Shown piece after piece: positions 9,853 through 20,449 of a DNA stretch of 64,000 bases (the stretch's first letter is position 1; each line of letters begins with the position of its first letter). Below the pieces are notes generated by a model that was not told the DNA's origin, searched no databases, and saw only the letters and a list, made by a program, of their open reading frames with translations. The stretch is from Vulcanimicrobiota bacterium (GTDB taxonomy: Bacteria > Vulcanimicrobiota > Vulcanimicrobiia > Vulcanimicrobiales > Vulcanimicrobiaceae). The stretch covers positions 192,001-256,000 of the forward strand of contig CAWETW010000002.1 of assembly GCA_963812155.1 (NCBI GenBank), read 5' to 3'. The position numbers and the translations under genes were made by a program.

Positions 9853-9937
9853 GGGACGCCTGCCTTCGGCGGGGGCCGGCACCCTACCCTCGACGCCCCG
9901 TCCGAAACAAAGCATTCGGCATGCCGTACGTGCGCCA

Positions 9938-10660
9938 ATGGAGATTCTGACCGAAGCTCTGAGTAAGAACTATCGCGAGATCGCTGCAGTGCGAGATTGT
10001 ACGCTGCGGTTGGAGCCCGGAGTTCTGGGATTGCTCGGGCCAAACGGCGCGGGCAAATCGACGCTGATGCGTATGCTGGCGACGGTCACGAAGCCCACCA
10101 GCGGAACGATCCGCTTCGACGGAACCGACGTCGTCGCACAGCCGGGCAAGTTGCGCCGAGTGCTAGGGTATCTGCCGCAGGACTTCGGCATCTATCCGCA
10201 TCTCTGCGCGACCGAATTCCTCGAATATATCGGCGCCCTCAAAGGCATCCCACGCCGGCAGCTTCGCGCGCGCATCGGCACGTTACTCGAGCTTCTGAAC
10301 CTCACGCATGCCGCGTCGCGGCCCCTGGGCGGCTTCTCGGGCGGCATGCGCCAGCGTGTCGGGATCGCACAGGCACTGCTCAACGACCCGCAAGTCTTAA
10401 TCGTCGACGAGCCGACGGCGGGATTGGATCCGGAGGAACGCGTGCGGCTTCGCACGCTGTTGTACGAGATGGCGCGCGACCGCATCATCATCTTCTCGAC
10501 GCACATCTGCTCCGACGTCGAAAGCATCGCGACGCGCATTGCCATCGTCAATCACGGGAAGCTGTTAGCCCACGACGCTTTCTCGAGGCTTCTCTTGCCT
10601 TCGGAATCGTTGGAGGGGTGCTACTTGCGCGTCATCTCGGAAAGTCGCGCCGCGGCGTGA
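9938..10660 (+). CDS. ABC transporter ATP-binding protein
   Basis: GPNGAGKST, FSGGMRQR, IVDEPTAGLD, STH. Confidence 0.95.
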   Translation: MEILTEALSKNYREIAAVRDCTLRLEPGVLGLLGPNGAGKSTLMRMLATVTKPTSGTIRFDGTDVVAQPGKLRRVLGYLPQDFGIYPHLCATEFLEYIGALKGIPRRQLRARIGTLLELLNLTHAASRPLGGFSGGMRQRVGIAQALLNDPQVLIVDEPTAGLDPEERVRLRTLLYEMARDRIIIFSTHICSDVESIATRIAIVNHGKLLAHDAFSRLLLPSESLEGCYLRVISESRAAA

Positions 10661-12201
10661 GCGGCCTTTGGCCAATGTACGCACTGGTACGTGCCGATTT
10701 TTTCGAACGTACGCGGCGCTACGCGTACGTCGCGACGATCGCCGCTACACTCTTGATGGGCACCCTGCTGCTCCCGGCCCATAACGCGGGCTACCAGACG
10801 TTTCTGGTCGACAACTATTGGGGGATTTATAATTCCGCATGGGTCGGCGCCAGCTCCGCACTGCTGGCGGCAATGCTGCTTTCGCTCTTCGGTTTCTATT
10901 TAGTCAAGACCGCCGTGACGCGCGATCGCACGACGCGGGTCGGGGAAATCATCGCGACCACGCCGCTCAGCCGTTTCGAATACTCACTTGGAAAGGCGCT
11001 TAGCAATTTTTTGGTGCTCGCGACGATGGCGGCGATCCTCTTCGTTACGGCCATCGCAATGCAACTGCTGCGCGGCGACAGCACCTCGGTGAATATCACG
11101 CAAATCGGCGCGCCCTTTGCTTTGGTGGTCTTGCCCGTGATCGCGGTGGTTGCGGCAGTCGCCGTCTTCTTCGAGATGGTGCCGTGGCTGCGCGGCGGAT
11201 TCGGCAACGTAGCCTATTTCTTTTTGTGGACGGCTTATCTCGGCTGGAGTTTTCAGGCGAACCTGCGGGCGCCATGGTGGCGGGATCTGCTCGGCGGGAA
11301 TCTGATCGTCGGGAAAGTCTTTTCGGCGATATTACGCATCGATCCACGCGCGCGGCGCGACTCGATTGAACTTGGCGCGGTGTTCGGCGCGACGGCGCGC
11401 CGCAGTTTTGAATTCTCAGGATTTATTTGGACGGCCGGCGACGTCGCAGGCCGCTTGATGTGGCTCGTCGTCGCGATCTGCATCGTTGCCGTAGCCGCCC
11501 TGCTCTTCGACCGTTTTTCAAAGGTTGCACGCAGCTCGGAAGCGCGCCGGCGCGGCAGCGCTGCTGCGCGTTGGAGTACGGCGTTCGAGCGCTATACGGC
11601 GCCGGTGGTCGACGTGGTCTTTGCCAGTGACTTCGGCACAATCGTGCTTGCGGAGCTTCGCCTGCTCGTTCGGGGATTGAGTTTCTGGTGGTACGTCGTT
11701 GCCGCCGGGTTGTGGGTGTTCCAGCTGCTGGCCGGAGCCAAAGAGCAAAGCCTCGCCGTCGGTTTGGCTTGGATTTGGCCGATGCTGCTCTGGTCGCAAC
11801 TCGGCGCGCGCGAGCCTATCTACGGCACGGAGCAACTGATCTATCCTGTTCTCCATCCGATCCGGCAATTTATCGCGCAGTGGTTCGCCGGAGTCGTGCT
11901 CGCGCTGTTTGTTGCCGGAGGCGCGCTGATTCATTTCGCGGCAACCGGCAATCCGAGCGGCATCGAGGGTATCGTTGCCGGTGCCTTTTTCGTTCCGACG
12001 CTCGCTTTAACGTGCGGCGCACTCTCCGGTACGACGCGCCTCTTCGAAATCGTCTACCTCATCCTGTGGTATCTGGGACCGATGAATCGCACCGCGCTCG
12101 ACTTTTCGCAAGGTGCTAACGCACCTGGCTTCACGGCTGCATCGCTCGGTCTGCTTGCGCTGGCAATCGGCGCACGCAAGCTTCGCCTGCGATACGCTTA
12201 G
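10657..12201 (+). CDS. ABC-2 type exporter permease
   Basis: GTGA overlap with the ATPase stop; many hydrophobic segments; duplicated ABC-2-like halves. Confidence 0.85.
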   Translation: MSGLWPMYALVRADFFERTRRYAYVATIAATLLMGTLLLPAHNAGYQTFLVDNYWGIYNSAWVGASSALLAAMLLSLFGFYLVKTAVTRDRTTRVGEIIATTPLSRFEYSLGKALSNFLVLATMAAILFVTAIAMQLLRGDSTSVNITQIGAPFALVVLPVIAVVAAVAVFFEMVPWLRGGFGNVAYFFLWTAYLGWSFQANLRAPWWRDLLGGNLIVGKVFSAILRIDPRARRDSIELGAVFGATARRSFEFSGFIWTAGDVAGRLMWLVVAICIVAVAALLFDRFSKVARSSEARRRGSAAARWSTAFERYTAPVVDVVFASDFGTIVLAELRLLVRGLSFWWYVVAAGLWVFQLLAGAKEQSLAVGLAWIWPMLLWSQLGAREPIYGTEQLIYPVLHPIRQFIAQWFAGVVLALFVAGGALIHFAATGNPSGIEGIVAGAFFVPTLALTCGALSGTTRLFEIVYLILWYLGPMNRTALDFSQGANAPGFTAASLGLLALAIGARKLRLRYA

Positions 12202-12297
12202 CCGCTCCCGGCATAGGAATTTGCCCGCGAAGGCGCCCATGCGGTAGAGTTGACCGGTCGAATGGAGCCGAGCCGGCTAGTTCGAGAGGAGGGCGTT

Positions 12298-14346
12298 TTG
12301 AACGTTCAGTCGCCGCGGCTACGCCATATTCTGGCGTTCGTTGCCTTCGCGTTTACCGGTGCATCGCTATGGGCGGGTTGCGCTTCAATGGGGACCCCCG
12401 CGAGCGCGATCCCATCAACAGCGACGGCCCGTTCCATTGGCGGGCCGTCGCCGAACGAACGCACGTATCCCGATGTTACGATCCCAGTGACAACGTTGAA
12501 CGACTTCGGCCCTGGGTCACTGCGAGAGGCGATTCTTACCGTCAACCACCGGCAGGCGGCTCGAGCAACGATTACCTTCGCCGTGAGCGGCTCCATTCGG
12601 CTGGTCAGCGATTTTCCGGTCGTGAGCGCTCGCGTTACGATCGATGGAACGACCACTCCCCAGTATGCGGGGGAACCGCTCGTCGAAGTAAATGCAAACG
12701 CACATCGTGGGGTGGTTTTCGGGCCTGGGTCGACCGGGGCAAAACTCCTCGCCCTCTCGATAACGAATGCAATCGGAAACGGCGTGACGCTCAACGCCGG
12801 ATCGATTACGCTCAACCTCGACTATATCGGTCTGCGTCGGAACGGCACCGCGTCGCGCAATGGCGGCGACGGCATCTACGTTTCCGCAAAGTCGTCAAAA
12901 AACCGCATCGGGATCAACCTTTCTGGGGCGTCGGGCGCGCTCGGGAACGTCGTTTCGGGGAACGCGGGTAACGGCATAAGCCTCCACGGCTCCTCGGCAA
13001 ACGTCATCGCCGCCAATCGGATCGGAACCGACGTAAACGGCAAACACGCGATACCCAACGCCGGAAACGGCATTCTGCTAACGGCGGCTTCCACCGGCAA
13101 CGAAATCGGCGGAACGAGGTTTGTCGACAGCGCGACCGGGCAGGCGAACAACCCGACCGGAAATAAGGGAACGACGACGCCGGTTTTTGTGGTTCCTCCC
13201 GACGGTAACCTGGTTTCAGGGAATGCGAAAAACGGCATTCTCATCAACAAAGACTCGCAAGCGAATACCCTCAACGGCAACTTCGTCGGAACGAGCGCCG
13301 GCGGAGACTCCGCAATTGCCAACGCAGCAGACGGCGTGCGCATCGTCTACTCTCCGGGCAACGCACTAATCGGCTGTAAGTTCCGCAACAATCCGTTCGT
13401 TTACTACAACGTTCTCAGTGGAAACCTGGGAAACGGACTGCACGTCACCAACTCCGACGACGTCATCGTTCAAGGCAACTTTTTCGGCATCGGCGCGAAC
13501 AACACGAACATCGTCACCAATAAGCGTGATGGGATTCTCATCGACGGATCGTCGGCCAACACCCAAGTCGGCGGCGTCATTCCGCTGGGTAACGTTTCGG
13601 CCGGCAACGTGCGCAACGGCATCGAGGTGGCTGGAACGGCGGCCGGTTTCATAACCTTCAATACGTTTGGCGGGCTCCTGGCCTTTAAGGGCGCCGCCCC
13701 GAACGGAAACGACGGCGTGCTCATCACGGCAACGGGCGGGAAACAGACGGTTCGCACCAACGTCCTTTCCGGAAATGGAAATAACGGACTGGAAATCGGC
13801 GGAGACGCGTCGGGAGTGACGGTCGGACCAGACATCATCGGCCTTAGCACGCAAGGTAATGCGCTATTGCCGAACGGCGGCGATGGCGTGCTCATCGACG
13901 GCACGGCACACGACAACACGCTCGGCGACTACTATCAGTCGGTTATTCCGCAGAACACGTTCTCGGGCAATCTTGGATACGGCGTTGCAGTTACGGATAG
14001 CGCTCACGATAACACCATTATCAACACTTTTATCGGTATCGACGTCGCAGGAACTGGGCCGCTCTCGAATCAGCACGGCGGCATCTTCGTCGGAGGCTCT
14101 GCGATACGCAACGTTATCGGAGGCTCGTCATCCGATCCCAGCAAGCCACTGAAGAACATCGTCAGCGGCAACGTGGGTAACGGCGTAACCTTGGACAAGT
14201 CGAGCAGCTATACGTCGATCATCGACAACTGGATTGGCTTGAATCGGACGGGGAAAAAGGCGCTGCCGAACTCCGGGCATCCGATCGTCGTGAAACCCGG
14301 CAGCCTCCACAACAAAATCGCCGGCAACGTGACGTGTTGTAACTAA
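12298..14346 (+). CDS. Parallel beta-helix repeat lipoprotein
   Basis: GAGGAGG before TTG at 12298; LWAGC lipobox; D.GPGSLREAI cap followed by repeated N.(V/I)SGN..NGI and GN.(F/I)G turns. Confidence 0.82.
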   Translation: MNVQSPRLRHILAFVAFAFTGASLWAGCASMGTPASAIPSTATARSIGGPSPNERTYPDVTIPVTTLNDFGPGSLREAILTVNHRQAARATITFAVSGSIRLVSDFPVVSARVTIDGTTTPQYAGEPLVEVNANAHRGVVFGPGSTGAKLLALSITNAIGNGVTLNAGSITLNLDYIGLRRNGTASRNGGDGIYVSAKSSKNRIGINLSGASGALGNVVSGNAGNGISLHGSSANVIAANRIGTDVNGKHAIPNAGNGILLTAASTGNEIGGTRFVDSATGQANNPTGNKGTTTPVFVVPPDGNLVSGNAKNGILINKDSQANTLNGNFVGTSAGGDSAIANAADGVRIVYSPGNALIGCKFRNNPFVYYNVLSGNLGNGLHVTNSDDVIVQGNFFGIGANNTNIVTNKRDGILIDGSSANTQVGGVIPLGNVSAGNVRNGIEVAGTAAGFITFNTFGGLLAFKGAAPNGNDGVLITATGGKQTVRTNVLSGNGNNGLEIGGDASGVTVGPDIIGLSTQGNALLPNGGDGVLIDGTAHDNTLGDYYQSVIPQNTFSGNLGYGVAVTDSAHDNTIINTFIGIDVAGTGPLSNQHGGIFVGGSAIRNVIGGSSSDPSKPLKNIVSGNVGNGVTLDKSSSYTSIIDNWIGLNRTGKKALPNSGHPIVVKPGSLHNKIAGNVTCCN

Positions 14347-14362
14347 TATCGCGCTGAAGGTT

Positions 14363-14983
14363 GTGCTGCACTCTCGCCGGATCGCTACGGTTTTCGTTGC
14401 GACCGCCGCCGTTTGCACCTGCATGCCGATGGCTGTATCCGGTGCGCGTTTTCCGAACGCCGTCGAAAGGACGTTTGTCGTCACCGGGGACGCTGCGAAG
14501 TCGGTGGCGCTGCTGCTCGGCATGCGGGCGTCCGGATCGTCCTCCGCCTCACTTCCGCTCGATAAAGGTGTGGCATGGGCGGTGTATCTCCTCAAACAAG
14601 ATACGAAGACGCCCCTGTACAACGGCGACGGACCACCGCGCTCGAATCGCGTAACTTTCTCGGCTTCTCCGCTTCCCACTCTGACGCTGGCGCCTTACTG
14701 GCTCGATCTTGCGACCGCTCTTCCTAACTCGCAACCCGGATACTATTCGTTCAGCTCACCATTTATCGCCGAAGACCTGAAGGCGAGCGATTCGTGGACG
14801 CAGATGTTGAAGCGCCTCAAGCACGAATCTGGCTGGGATAGCAAGCGATTCCCGCAGTTTCAACGATGCTTTACGTCGCTCGACAAGACTGAACTCTGCG
14901 TCGCGGTCTACGGCAATAAACACTACGCCGACAACGTCGAACGAAACGGTTACATGGAGACGATCGCCATCCACTCCACGTGA
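14363..14983 (+). CDS. Secreted hypothetical protein
   Basis: Hydrophobic N-terminus; coding-like ORF filling the gap after the beta-helix gene. Confidence 0.65.
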   Translation: MLHSRRIATVFVATAAVCTCMPMAVSGARFPNAVERTFVVTGDAAKSVALLLGMRASGSSSASLPLDKGVAWAVYLLKQDTKTPLYNGDGPPRSNRVTFSASPLPTLTLAPYWLDLATALPNSQPGYYSFSSPFIAEDLKASDSWTQMLKRLKHESGWDSKRFPQFQRCFTSLDKTELCVAVYGNKHYADNVERNGYMETIAIHST

Positions 14984-14984
14984 A

Positions 14985-15584
14985 TCACTCTACGTAGTAG
15001 ACTTGACCGGTCTGAGCACCTTCGACGCTCTTGGCGAATGCCAGGGCGACGCGCTTGCCCGGGACGCCTTCGCTGCCTGGGAAGTAGGGGCCGTACGCTT
15101 CCATCGATTCGCGCAGTACCGTCGGACTAACGACGTTGATTCTCGTTCCGGCGGGAAATTCGAGTGCGGCCGAACGCACGAACGATTCGAGCGCACCGTT
15201 TACGAGCGCGGCGCTCGCGCCGTACCGGATGGGATCCTTGCTGAGCGTGCCCGCCACGAGCGTCACAGAACCTCCGGCGTTCAGGTGCTTCGCCGCCTCT
15301 AAAGCGAGATGGACCTGGCCCATCAGTTTATTGCCGATTCCGACCTGAAGCTGTTCGGGAGTCATCTCGAGCAAGGGACCGAAGTGCACGCTGCCCGCGG
15401 CGCTGACGACCGCGTCGACCTTGCCGATCTTTGCGAAAAGATTGCGAATGCTTTGGACGTCCGCGATGTCGACGTTGTGCTCGCCGTGCGACCTTCCCGC
15501 GGTAACGATTTCGTGCCGTTGATTGAGCTCGTCGACGATCGCGCTTCCGATCGTGCCCTCGGCACCGATAACGAGAATTTTCAT
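14985..15584 (-). CDS. Short-chain dehydrogenase
   Basis: MKILVIGAEGTIG, VDAVVSAAG, NKLMGQV, RINVVSP. Confidence 0.92.
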   Translation of the reverse strand: MKILVIGAEGTIGSAIVDELNQRHEIVTAGRSHGEHNVDIADVQSIRNLFAKIGKVDAVVSAAGSVHFGPLLEMTPEQLQVGIGNKLMGQVHLALEAAKHLNAGGSVTLVAGTLSKDPIRYGASAALVNGALESFVRSAALEFPAGTRINVVSPTVLRESMEAYGPYFPGSEGVPGKRVALAFAKSVEGAQTGQVYYVE

Positions 15585-15609
15585 ACTCGCCGTGACCGGT
15601 GCTGCCGGG

Positions 15610-16599
15610 CTAGGGTTGCAGCTCCATGATGAGATTGGCTTCACGCTCGGCGGTGATGCCGGCTTTGAGCGGAGCGCTCTGCTCGCGGCTGCGATCCCAG
15701 CGCCACGTGTCGAGAATCGTGTCGTGCAGCGGACGAAAACGCAAGCCGCTCTCGATTGCGCGTTTCGATGAAATCGAGTCCCAGCCGCCCGCTTCATCGT
15801 CTGGAATCCACAGCGGCATCTCCGTCCACGGCTCGACTCCGTGCGCGTGCAGAAACGCCTGCGGCGCCCAGAGAAACTCGGCATCGCTGTGTAAGGCCGT
15901 ACGGCAGGCGTCGAGCAGCACACCGAACGCAAGGCGATAGTCGGGTCCCGTCGCGTTGAACGTTCCCGTACGGCGTGCTTCGAGTGAGGCCACGATCCAG
16001 TCGCTGAGGTCGCGCACGTCAATGAACTGCACGGCACGATCCGGCGGCGCGGGCGCGAGCGTGCGCCCACCCGATCCGACTCGCCGCACCCAATACGTAA
16101 ACCGATCGCTGGCATCGCGGGGCCCGACGATCAGCCCCGGACGCACGATAAAAGCGTTGCTGCCGAAGCGTTCGACCGCAGCCGATTCGCACTGGGCCTT
16201 GAGCGCTCCATACGCTTCCAGCGTTAGTTCGGTAGCGTTTGGATCGCCGTCGTCGAGCAGCGGTGCCGACTCGTCGGCGCCCTCGGGAACGCCGTCGCGA
16301 TAGACGCTCGTACTCGAGATAAGCGTATAGATGGCGTTCGGGCTCGCCCGCAAGAGATGGCCGCACGACGCGCCGACGTCGCGCGGCAGGTACGCGCACG
16401 TATCGACGATCGCATCGTAGGACTCAGTAATCTTCTCGAGATCGTGCGCGCGATCGCCTGGGATGCTGACCGCGCCGAGCAGCCCGCTTGGCATCGTTTT
16501 CGCGCGGTGAAAGAGCGTGACGTCATGCGCTCGCGCGAGAGCGCGCTCGGCGACCGCCCGTCCCAAGAACCGCGTGCCGCCGATGATGAGTATGCGCAT
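15610..16599 (-). CDS. NAD-dependent epimerase/dehydratase family protein
   Basis: MRILIIGGTRFLG, ISSTSVY, YGALK, RPGLIVGP, IDVRDL. Confidence 0.92.
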   Translation of the reverse strand: MRILIIGGTRFLGRAVAERALARAHDVTLFHRAKTMPSGLLGAVSIPGDRAHDLEKITESYDAIVDTCAYLPRDVGASCGHLLRASPNAIYTLISSTSVYRDGVPEGADESAPLLDDGDPNATELTLEAYGALKAQCESAAVERFGSNAFIVRPGLIVGPRDASDRFTYWVRRVGSGGRTLAPAPPDRAVQFIDVRDLSDWIVASLEARRTGTFNATGPDYRLAFGVLLDACRTALHSDAEFLWAPQAFLHAHGVEPWTEMPLWIPDDEAGGWDSISSKRAIESGLRFRPLHDTILDTWRWDRSREQSAPLKAGITAEREANLIMELQP

Positions 16600-16704
16600 G
16601 CTGGAGCTGCCGTGAGATACGAGCTCAGACCGGGGGTGCCTGCTGGGCTTGGCAGGCAAGGCCACGGCTCCGAACGGAGAACGGAACGCTAAGGGGAGAT
16701 CCCG

Positions 16705-18075
16705 ATGCAGTATCGCATGATTCTCGTTCTCGCTTTGCTGGCGTCCGGTTTGGCCGGTTGTTCCCAACCGGCGAATCCGGCCGGCTTTGCACCCACGGCG
16801 GTGCGCGCAACGAAGACGTCGCAGTCTGCCGGCAAAATCCAGCATGTCGTCATCATCATTCAAGAAAATCGAAGTTTCGATAACATCTTCGCGGGCTTTC
16901 CCGGTGCCGACGCGCCCTTAACGGGTTTGCGTCACAACGGTAAGGTCGTGACGCTGCACCAAGCAACGTTGACCCAACGCCCCAACGTCGATATCAAGCA
17001 CGACTATAAGCACTCGCAGATAGAGTACGATGCCGGAAAGATGGACGGCTTCGACGAGGACGTCTGGAATGACGGGCAGCCGGCAAAGACGTATCCTTAC
17101 GCGTATCTGAGCCACAAGCAGGTCGCGCCGTACTGGGCGATGGCCAGTCAGTACACGCTGGCCGACCGCATGTTCCCCACGGTCTGGGGACCCAGCTTCA
17201 CCGCCCATCTCGATCTGATCGCCGGCACGACGGTCGTAAGCCGGGCGCCGCTTCGGATCGTAAGCGAAATCGATTATCCATACAATCAAGACAATCCGAA
17301 CTGGACGTGCGCCGCCCAGCCGCCGCCACCGTCGTACATCCTGGTGGACGCGAAGGGAACGATCTCCGAAACGGGAGGCGGCCCCGCGCCCTGCTTCACA
17401 CAATTTCACACCATGGCGGACACGCTGGATACCGCCCACGTGTCGTGGCGATACTACGCACCCGCGCTTTCGACCGGAAGCGGTCAGTTGTGGTCTTCCT
17501 TCGCGGCAATCAAAAACATCTACAACGGACCCGATTGGACCAACGTCATCGCGCCGGAAACGACCGTGCTCAAAGATATCAAGAACGGAAAGTTACCATC
17601 CGTCGCATGGGTTGTGCCCAACGTGAACAACTCCGATCACGGCGGCAGCGGATCGGATACCGGCCCGTCGTGGGTTGCCGCAATCGTCAACGGGATCGGA
17701 GAAAGCGCCTACTGGAACTCTTCGGCGATCGTCGTCTTATGGGACGATTGGGGCGGATGGTACGATGACGCCCCGCCGCCGCAGTTGGATTTCATGGGTC
17801 TGGGCTTTCGCGTCGGGTGCATCCTCATCTCTCCTTACGCAAAAGCCGGGACGGTCTCACACACGCAATACGAATACGGCTCGATTCTCAAGTTCGTCGA
17901 GCAGACGTTCGGCGCGGCTTCGCTGGGTTACACCGATGCGCGGGCAACCAGTCTCAGCGACAGCTTCAATTTCGCGCAACGCCCCATCGTCTTCAAAAAC
18001 ATTCCGGCAAAGTATCCGCCCTCGTACTTCCTTAAACAACGCTCCCCGGGCAAGGTTCCCGACGACGACAATTGA
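16705..18075 (+). CDS. Phosphoesterase (AcpA/PLC superfamily) lipoprotein
   Basis: LAGC lipobox; [31 protein letters not shown]. Confidence 0.9.
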   Translation: MQYRMILVLALLASGLAGCSQPANPAGFAPTAVRATKTSQSAGKIQHVVIIIQENRSFDNIFAGFPGADAPLTGLRHNGKVVTLHQATLTQRPNVDIKHDYKHSQIEYDAGKMDGFDEDVWNDGQPAKTYPYAYLSHKQVAPYWAMASQYTLADRMFPTVWGPSFTAHLDLIAGTTVVSRAPLRIVSEIDYPYNQDNPNWTCAAQPPPPSYILVDAKGTISETGGGPAPCFTQFHTMADTLDTAHVSWRYYAPALSTGSGQLWSSFAAIKNIYNGPDWTNVIAPETTVLKDIKNGKLPSVAWVVPNVNNSDHGGSGSDTGPSWVAAIVNGIGESAYWNSSAIVVLWDDWGGWYDDAPPPQLDFMGLGFRVGCILISPYAKAGTVSHTQYEYGSILKFVEQTFGAASLGYTDARATSLSDSFNFAQRPIVFKNIPAKYPPSYFLKQRSPGKVPDDDN

Positions 18076-18180
18076 CCGATGAGGCCGGCCGGCGTGCACG
18101 CTCGCAGGAGCACGCGCCGTACCCAAGAACGGAATCTCGCCGGGCCTTCCTGTCGTTAAGAAAGGACTGCGTTGCTACGT

Positions 18181-18507
18181 ATGTTTCGGAAAATACTGGT
18201 TGCGCTGCCGCTTGCGGCGCTGGTATTGTCGCTGACGTCGCTCTCCGCTTCGGCCGACGTGCACAAGTTCAAGGTCGACAACGTCGGCGGCCATCAGGTC
18301 GATCATCTGTATCTTTCGCCGATCAGCTCGAATAAGTGGGGACACGATCAACTGGGTCCCAATGAAGTGCTTGAACCCAACCACCACCTCACGTTTCACA
18401 TAGACACGCTGTGCGAGATGGACGTGCGCGTCGTCTATCACGACGGGACCGTTCACGTGGATAAAGATATCGATACCTGCAAGTACAATCTCAGCTTAAA
18501 ATACTGA
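18181..18507 (+). CDS. Small secreted His-rich protein
   Basis: Signal peptide ending ASA; LYLSP...WG.D.LG..VL...C..D.R...DG...D.C pattern; 9 His. Confidence 0.75.
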   Translation: MFRKILVALPLAALVLSLTSLSASADVHKFKVDNVGGHQVDHLYLSPISSNKWGHDQLGPNEVLEPNHHLTFHIDTLCEMDVRVVYHDGTVHVDKDIDTCKYNLSLKY

Positions 18508-18527
18508 GCGGAGGACATAGCGCTACG

Positions 18528-19226
18528 CTACTTTGGTGCCGGCGAACCGTCCGACCAGGATGGAGCCAGGATGACGATCGTCACGGGTTCGTACCGGCGA
18601 AACGTCGACGTTGCAGGTGAGAGGATGGGCGATCCCTTGAAGCCTGCGCCCCACGTGTTGAGCTGGTCCAAGGCGATGAACGGCATCACGTGGGGGCGCC
18701 ACGGGCCCGCTACTCCATCGTTGAGATAGCCCTCCCTTGAGAGCATCAGCGCGAATGACCCCGGAGCCGGGTCAGTGAACTGACGATCGGCGTAGCCGGC
18801 CTGCGATTTCTTTGCAATCTCCGCGCGTGTGTCACCGGCCAGCGCCCATTTCGTCCGGGCGAGGTAAAACGGCAGCACGCTTTTCACGGCCAGCGGGTTG
18901 AAACACGACGGTCCGCGCCCCTTCGGATTCCAAAACTCGGGATCGTCTAGACCCGCCAACCACATACGCTCGACGAAGCAGACCCAGCCGTTACTTCCCT
19001 TTTCGGCGGCCGCATAGCCGCTCTTGGTAAGCACGAGCACCTCGGCGCCGGCGGAAATCGATGCCGGTGCCGCGCTACGCGCCATCTGGATTTCAGCGGC
19101 GCGGGGCATGAGGTATTGCGAGACCGGCGCCATCGTCGGATACGGATCGTTCGCCGGCACCTGGGCGTACGCGGGGCCGCTACAGGCAAGTACGACGATG
19201 AGGGTCGTGCAGGCGGTGTTTCGCAT
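18528..19226 (-). CDS. Secreted hypothetical protein
   Basis: GGAGG SD; signal peptide; ARSAAP..IS..AEVLVL..GY...G.NG.VC.V.R and W.PH.M pattern. Confidence 0.8.
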   Translation of the reverse strand: MRNTACTTLIVVLACSGPAYAQVPANDPYPTMAPVSQYLMPRAAEIQMARSAAPASISAGAEVLVLTKSGYAAAEKGSNGWVCFVERMWLAGLDDPEFWNPKGRGPSCFNPLAVKSVLPFYLARTKWALAGDTRAEIAKKSQAGYADRQFTDPAPGSFALMLSREGYLNDGVAGPWRPHVMPFIALDQLNTWGAGFKGSPILSPATSTFRRYEPVTIVILAPSWSDGSPAPK

Positions 19227-19326
19227 GATTGACCTCCAAAAGCTCCGCTTGAATAGTCGTATCGCAGTCCCGCGACCAACTGTGACGCCTCAGCCCAAAA
19301 ACGAGGCTGGTCCGTCAGGTCCGCGC

Positions 19327-20322
19327 TTAGTGAATATCTACGAACGCAGTCAGCGAGTAGCTTTCCGGATTCACGTATATCGATCGAACCGGTTTCACGG
19401 GCCCTCGATCGGTGACGGGATACTTGCTCACCAAAGCGTACAGCGACCCGGACAGAGGATTTTCAGAAACGTACAGGTTCTTACGATACAAACGCATTTC
19501 GCCTCGGAACCAGTTTGCCGTCGGCTGAGGCTGAAACGTGCCCGCTGGAGCGACGTTCCCGCTTGCATCCGGAGAAAAAATGTCGACTTGATTGGCGTTG
19601 AAGTGGTTGTCCATGACGTAGATATCGCCGTGCGCTGAGATCTGAACGTCGGTTGGAATGTCGAACGTCGTGGCCGATCCGGTGATGACGCGAATCGGGG
19701 CAACGTCGCCATTGGCGTCGGAGGCAAACTCCAGCACCGACTTAGCCTTCGAATCGGCAACCCACAGATTACCCAGGGAATCAACGGTAATGCCGTACGG
19801 AGTTTTCAACTGCGTCGCGCTCCCAACGATCTTTCGAACCGGCTTTGAGGAGCTCGTAATGGGCTGGGCGTATACGACGATCGACGCCTTCGCATGACCC
19901 ACCGCGTAGATTTCATTGTGCGCTCCGATGGCGAGCCCGGCAGGCCTTACGGCGTTGGAGACCGTTATGGTCGGTTTAACGTTCCCGCTCGCGCCCGGGG
20001 CGAACACGTCGAGATTCGTCTGCGCAACGTAGATGCGCCCTTTTGAGTCGACTGCGATTCCGACCGGCTCGTTGAGGTCTGTGTTCGAGCCTTGAATCTG
20101 AGATACGAACGCACCGTTGAGGCTGAAGACCGCAACCCGGCTATCGCGTTCGTCGGCGATGTAGACCTTTGGAGAGGCAACCGCTGCTTTCACGTGCGCC
20201 TGCGATTGAACCGACGAGGGGATTGAGGTTTGCGTTCCGGCGCTGCAGCCGGCTAACGACGCCGCCAAGACAACCAGACGCAGACGACTGGGGTGATAGA
20301 GAAACAACCGCATCATAAACAT
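19327..20322 (-). CDS. NHL-repeat beta-propeller lipoprotein
   Basis: AGGAG SD; LAGC lipobox; repeats P.GI.VDS.G..YVA and G(N/D)VAP. Confidence 0.85.
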   Translation of the reverse strand: MFMMRLFLYHPSRLRLVVLAASLAGCSAGTQTSIPSSVQSQAHVKAAVASPKVYIADERDSRVAVFSLNGAFVSQIQGSNTDLNEPVGIAVDSKGRIYVAQTNLDVFAPGASGNVKPTITVSNAVRPAGLAIGAHNEIYAVGHAKASIVVYAQPITSSSKPVRKIVGSATQLKTPYGITVDSLGNLWVADSKAKSVLEFASDANGDVAPIRVITGSATTFDIPTDVQISAHGDIYVMDNHFNANQVDIFSPDASGNVAPAGTFQPQPTANWFRGEMRLYRKNLYVSENPLSGSLYALVSKYPVTDRGPVKPVRSIYVNPESYSLTAFVDIH

Positions 20323-20449
20323 TGCTCCTTATGCATAGCGCTCGGGCCGTGGTGGTTCGTGAAGCTCCGCAGCGATTCCACCCGTAAAGCTGGGCGCGGA
20401 CAGTCATCGGTAAGAGGACGAGACCGTCAGCGCCGCTGAACTCGAGCAC

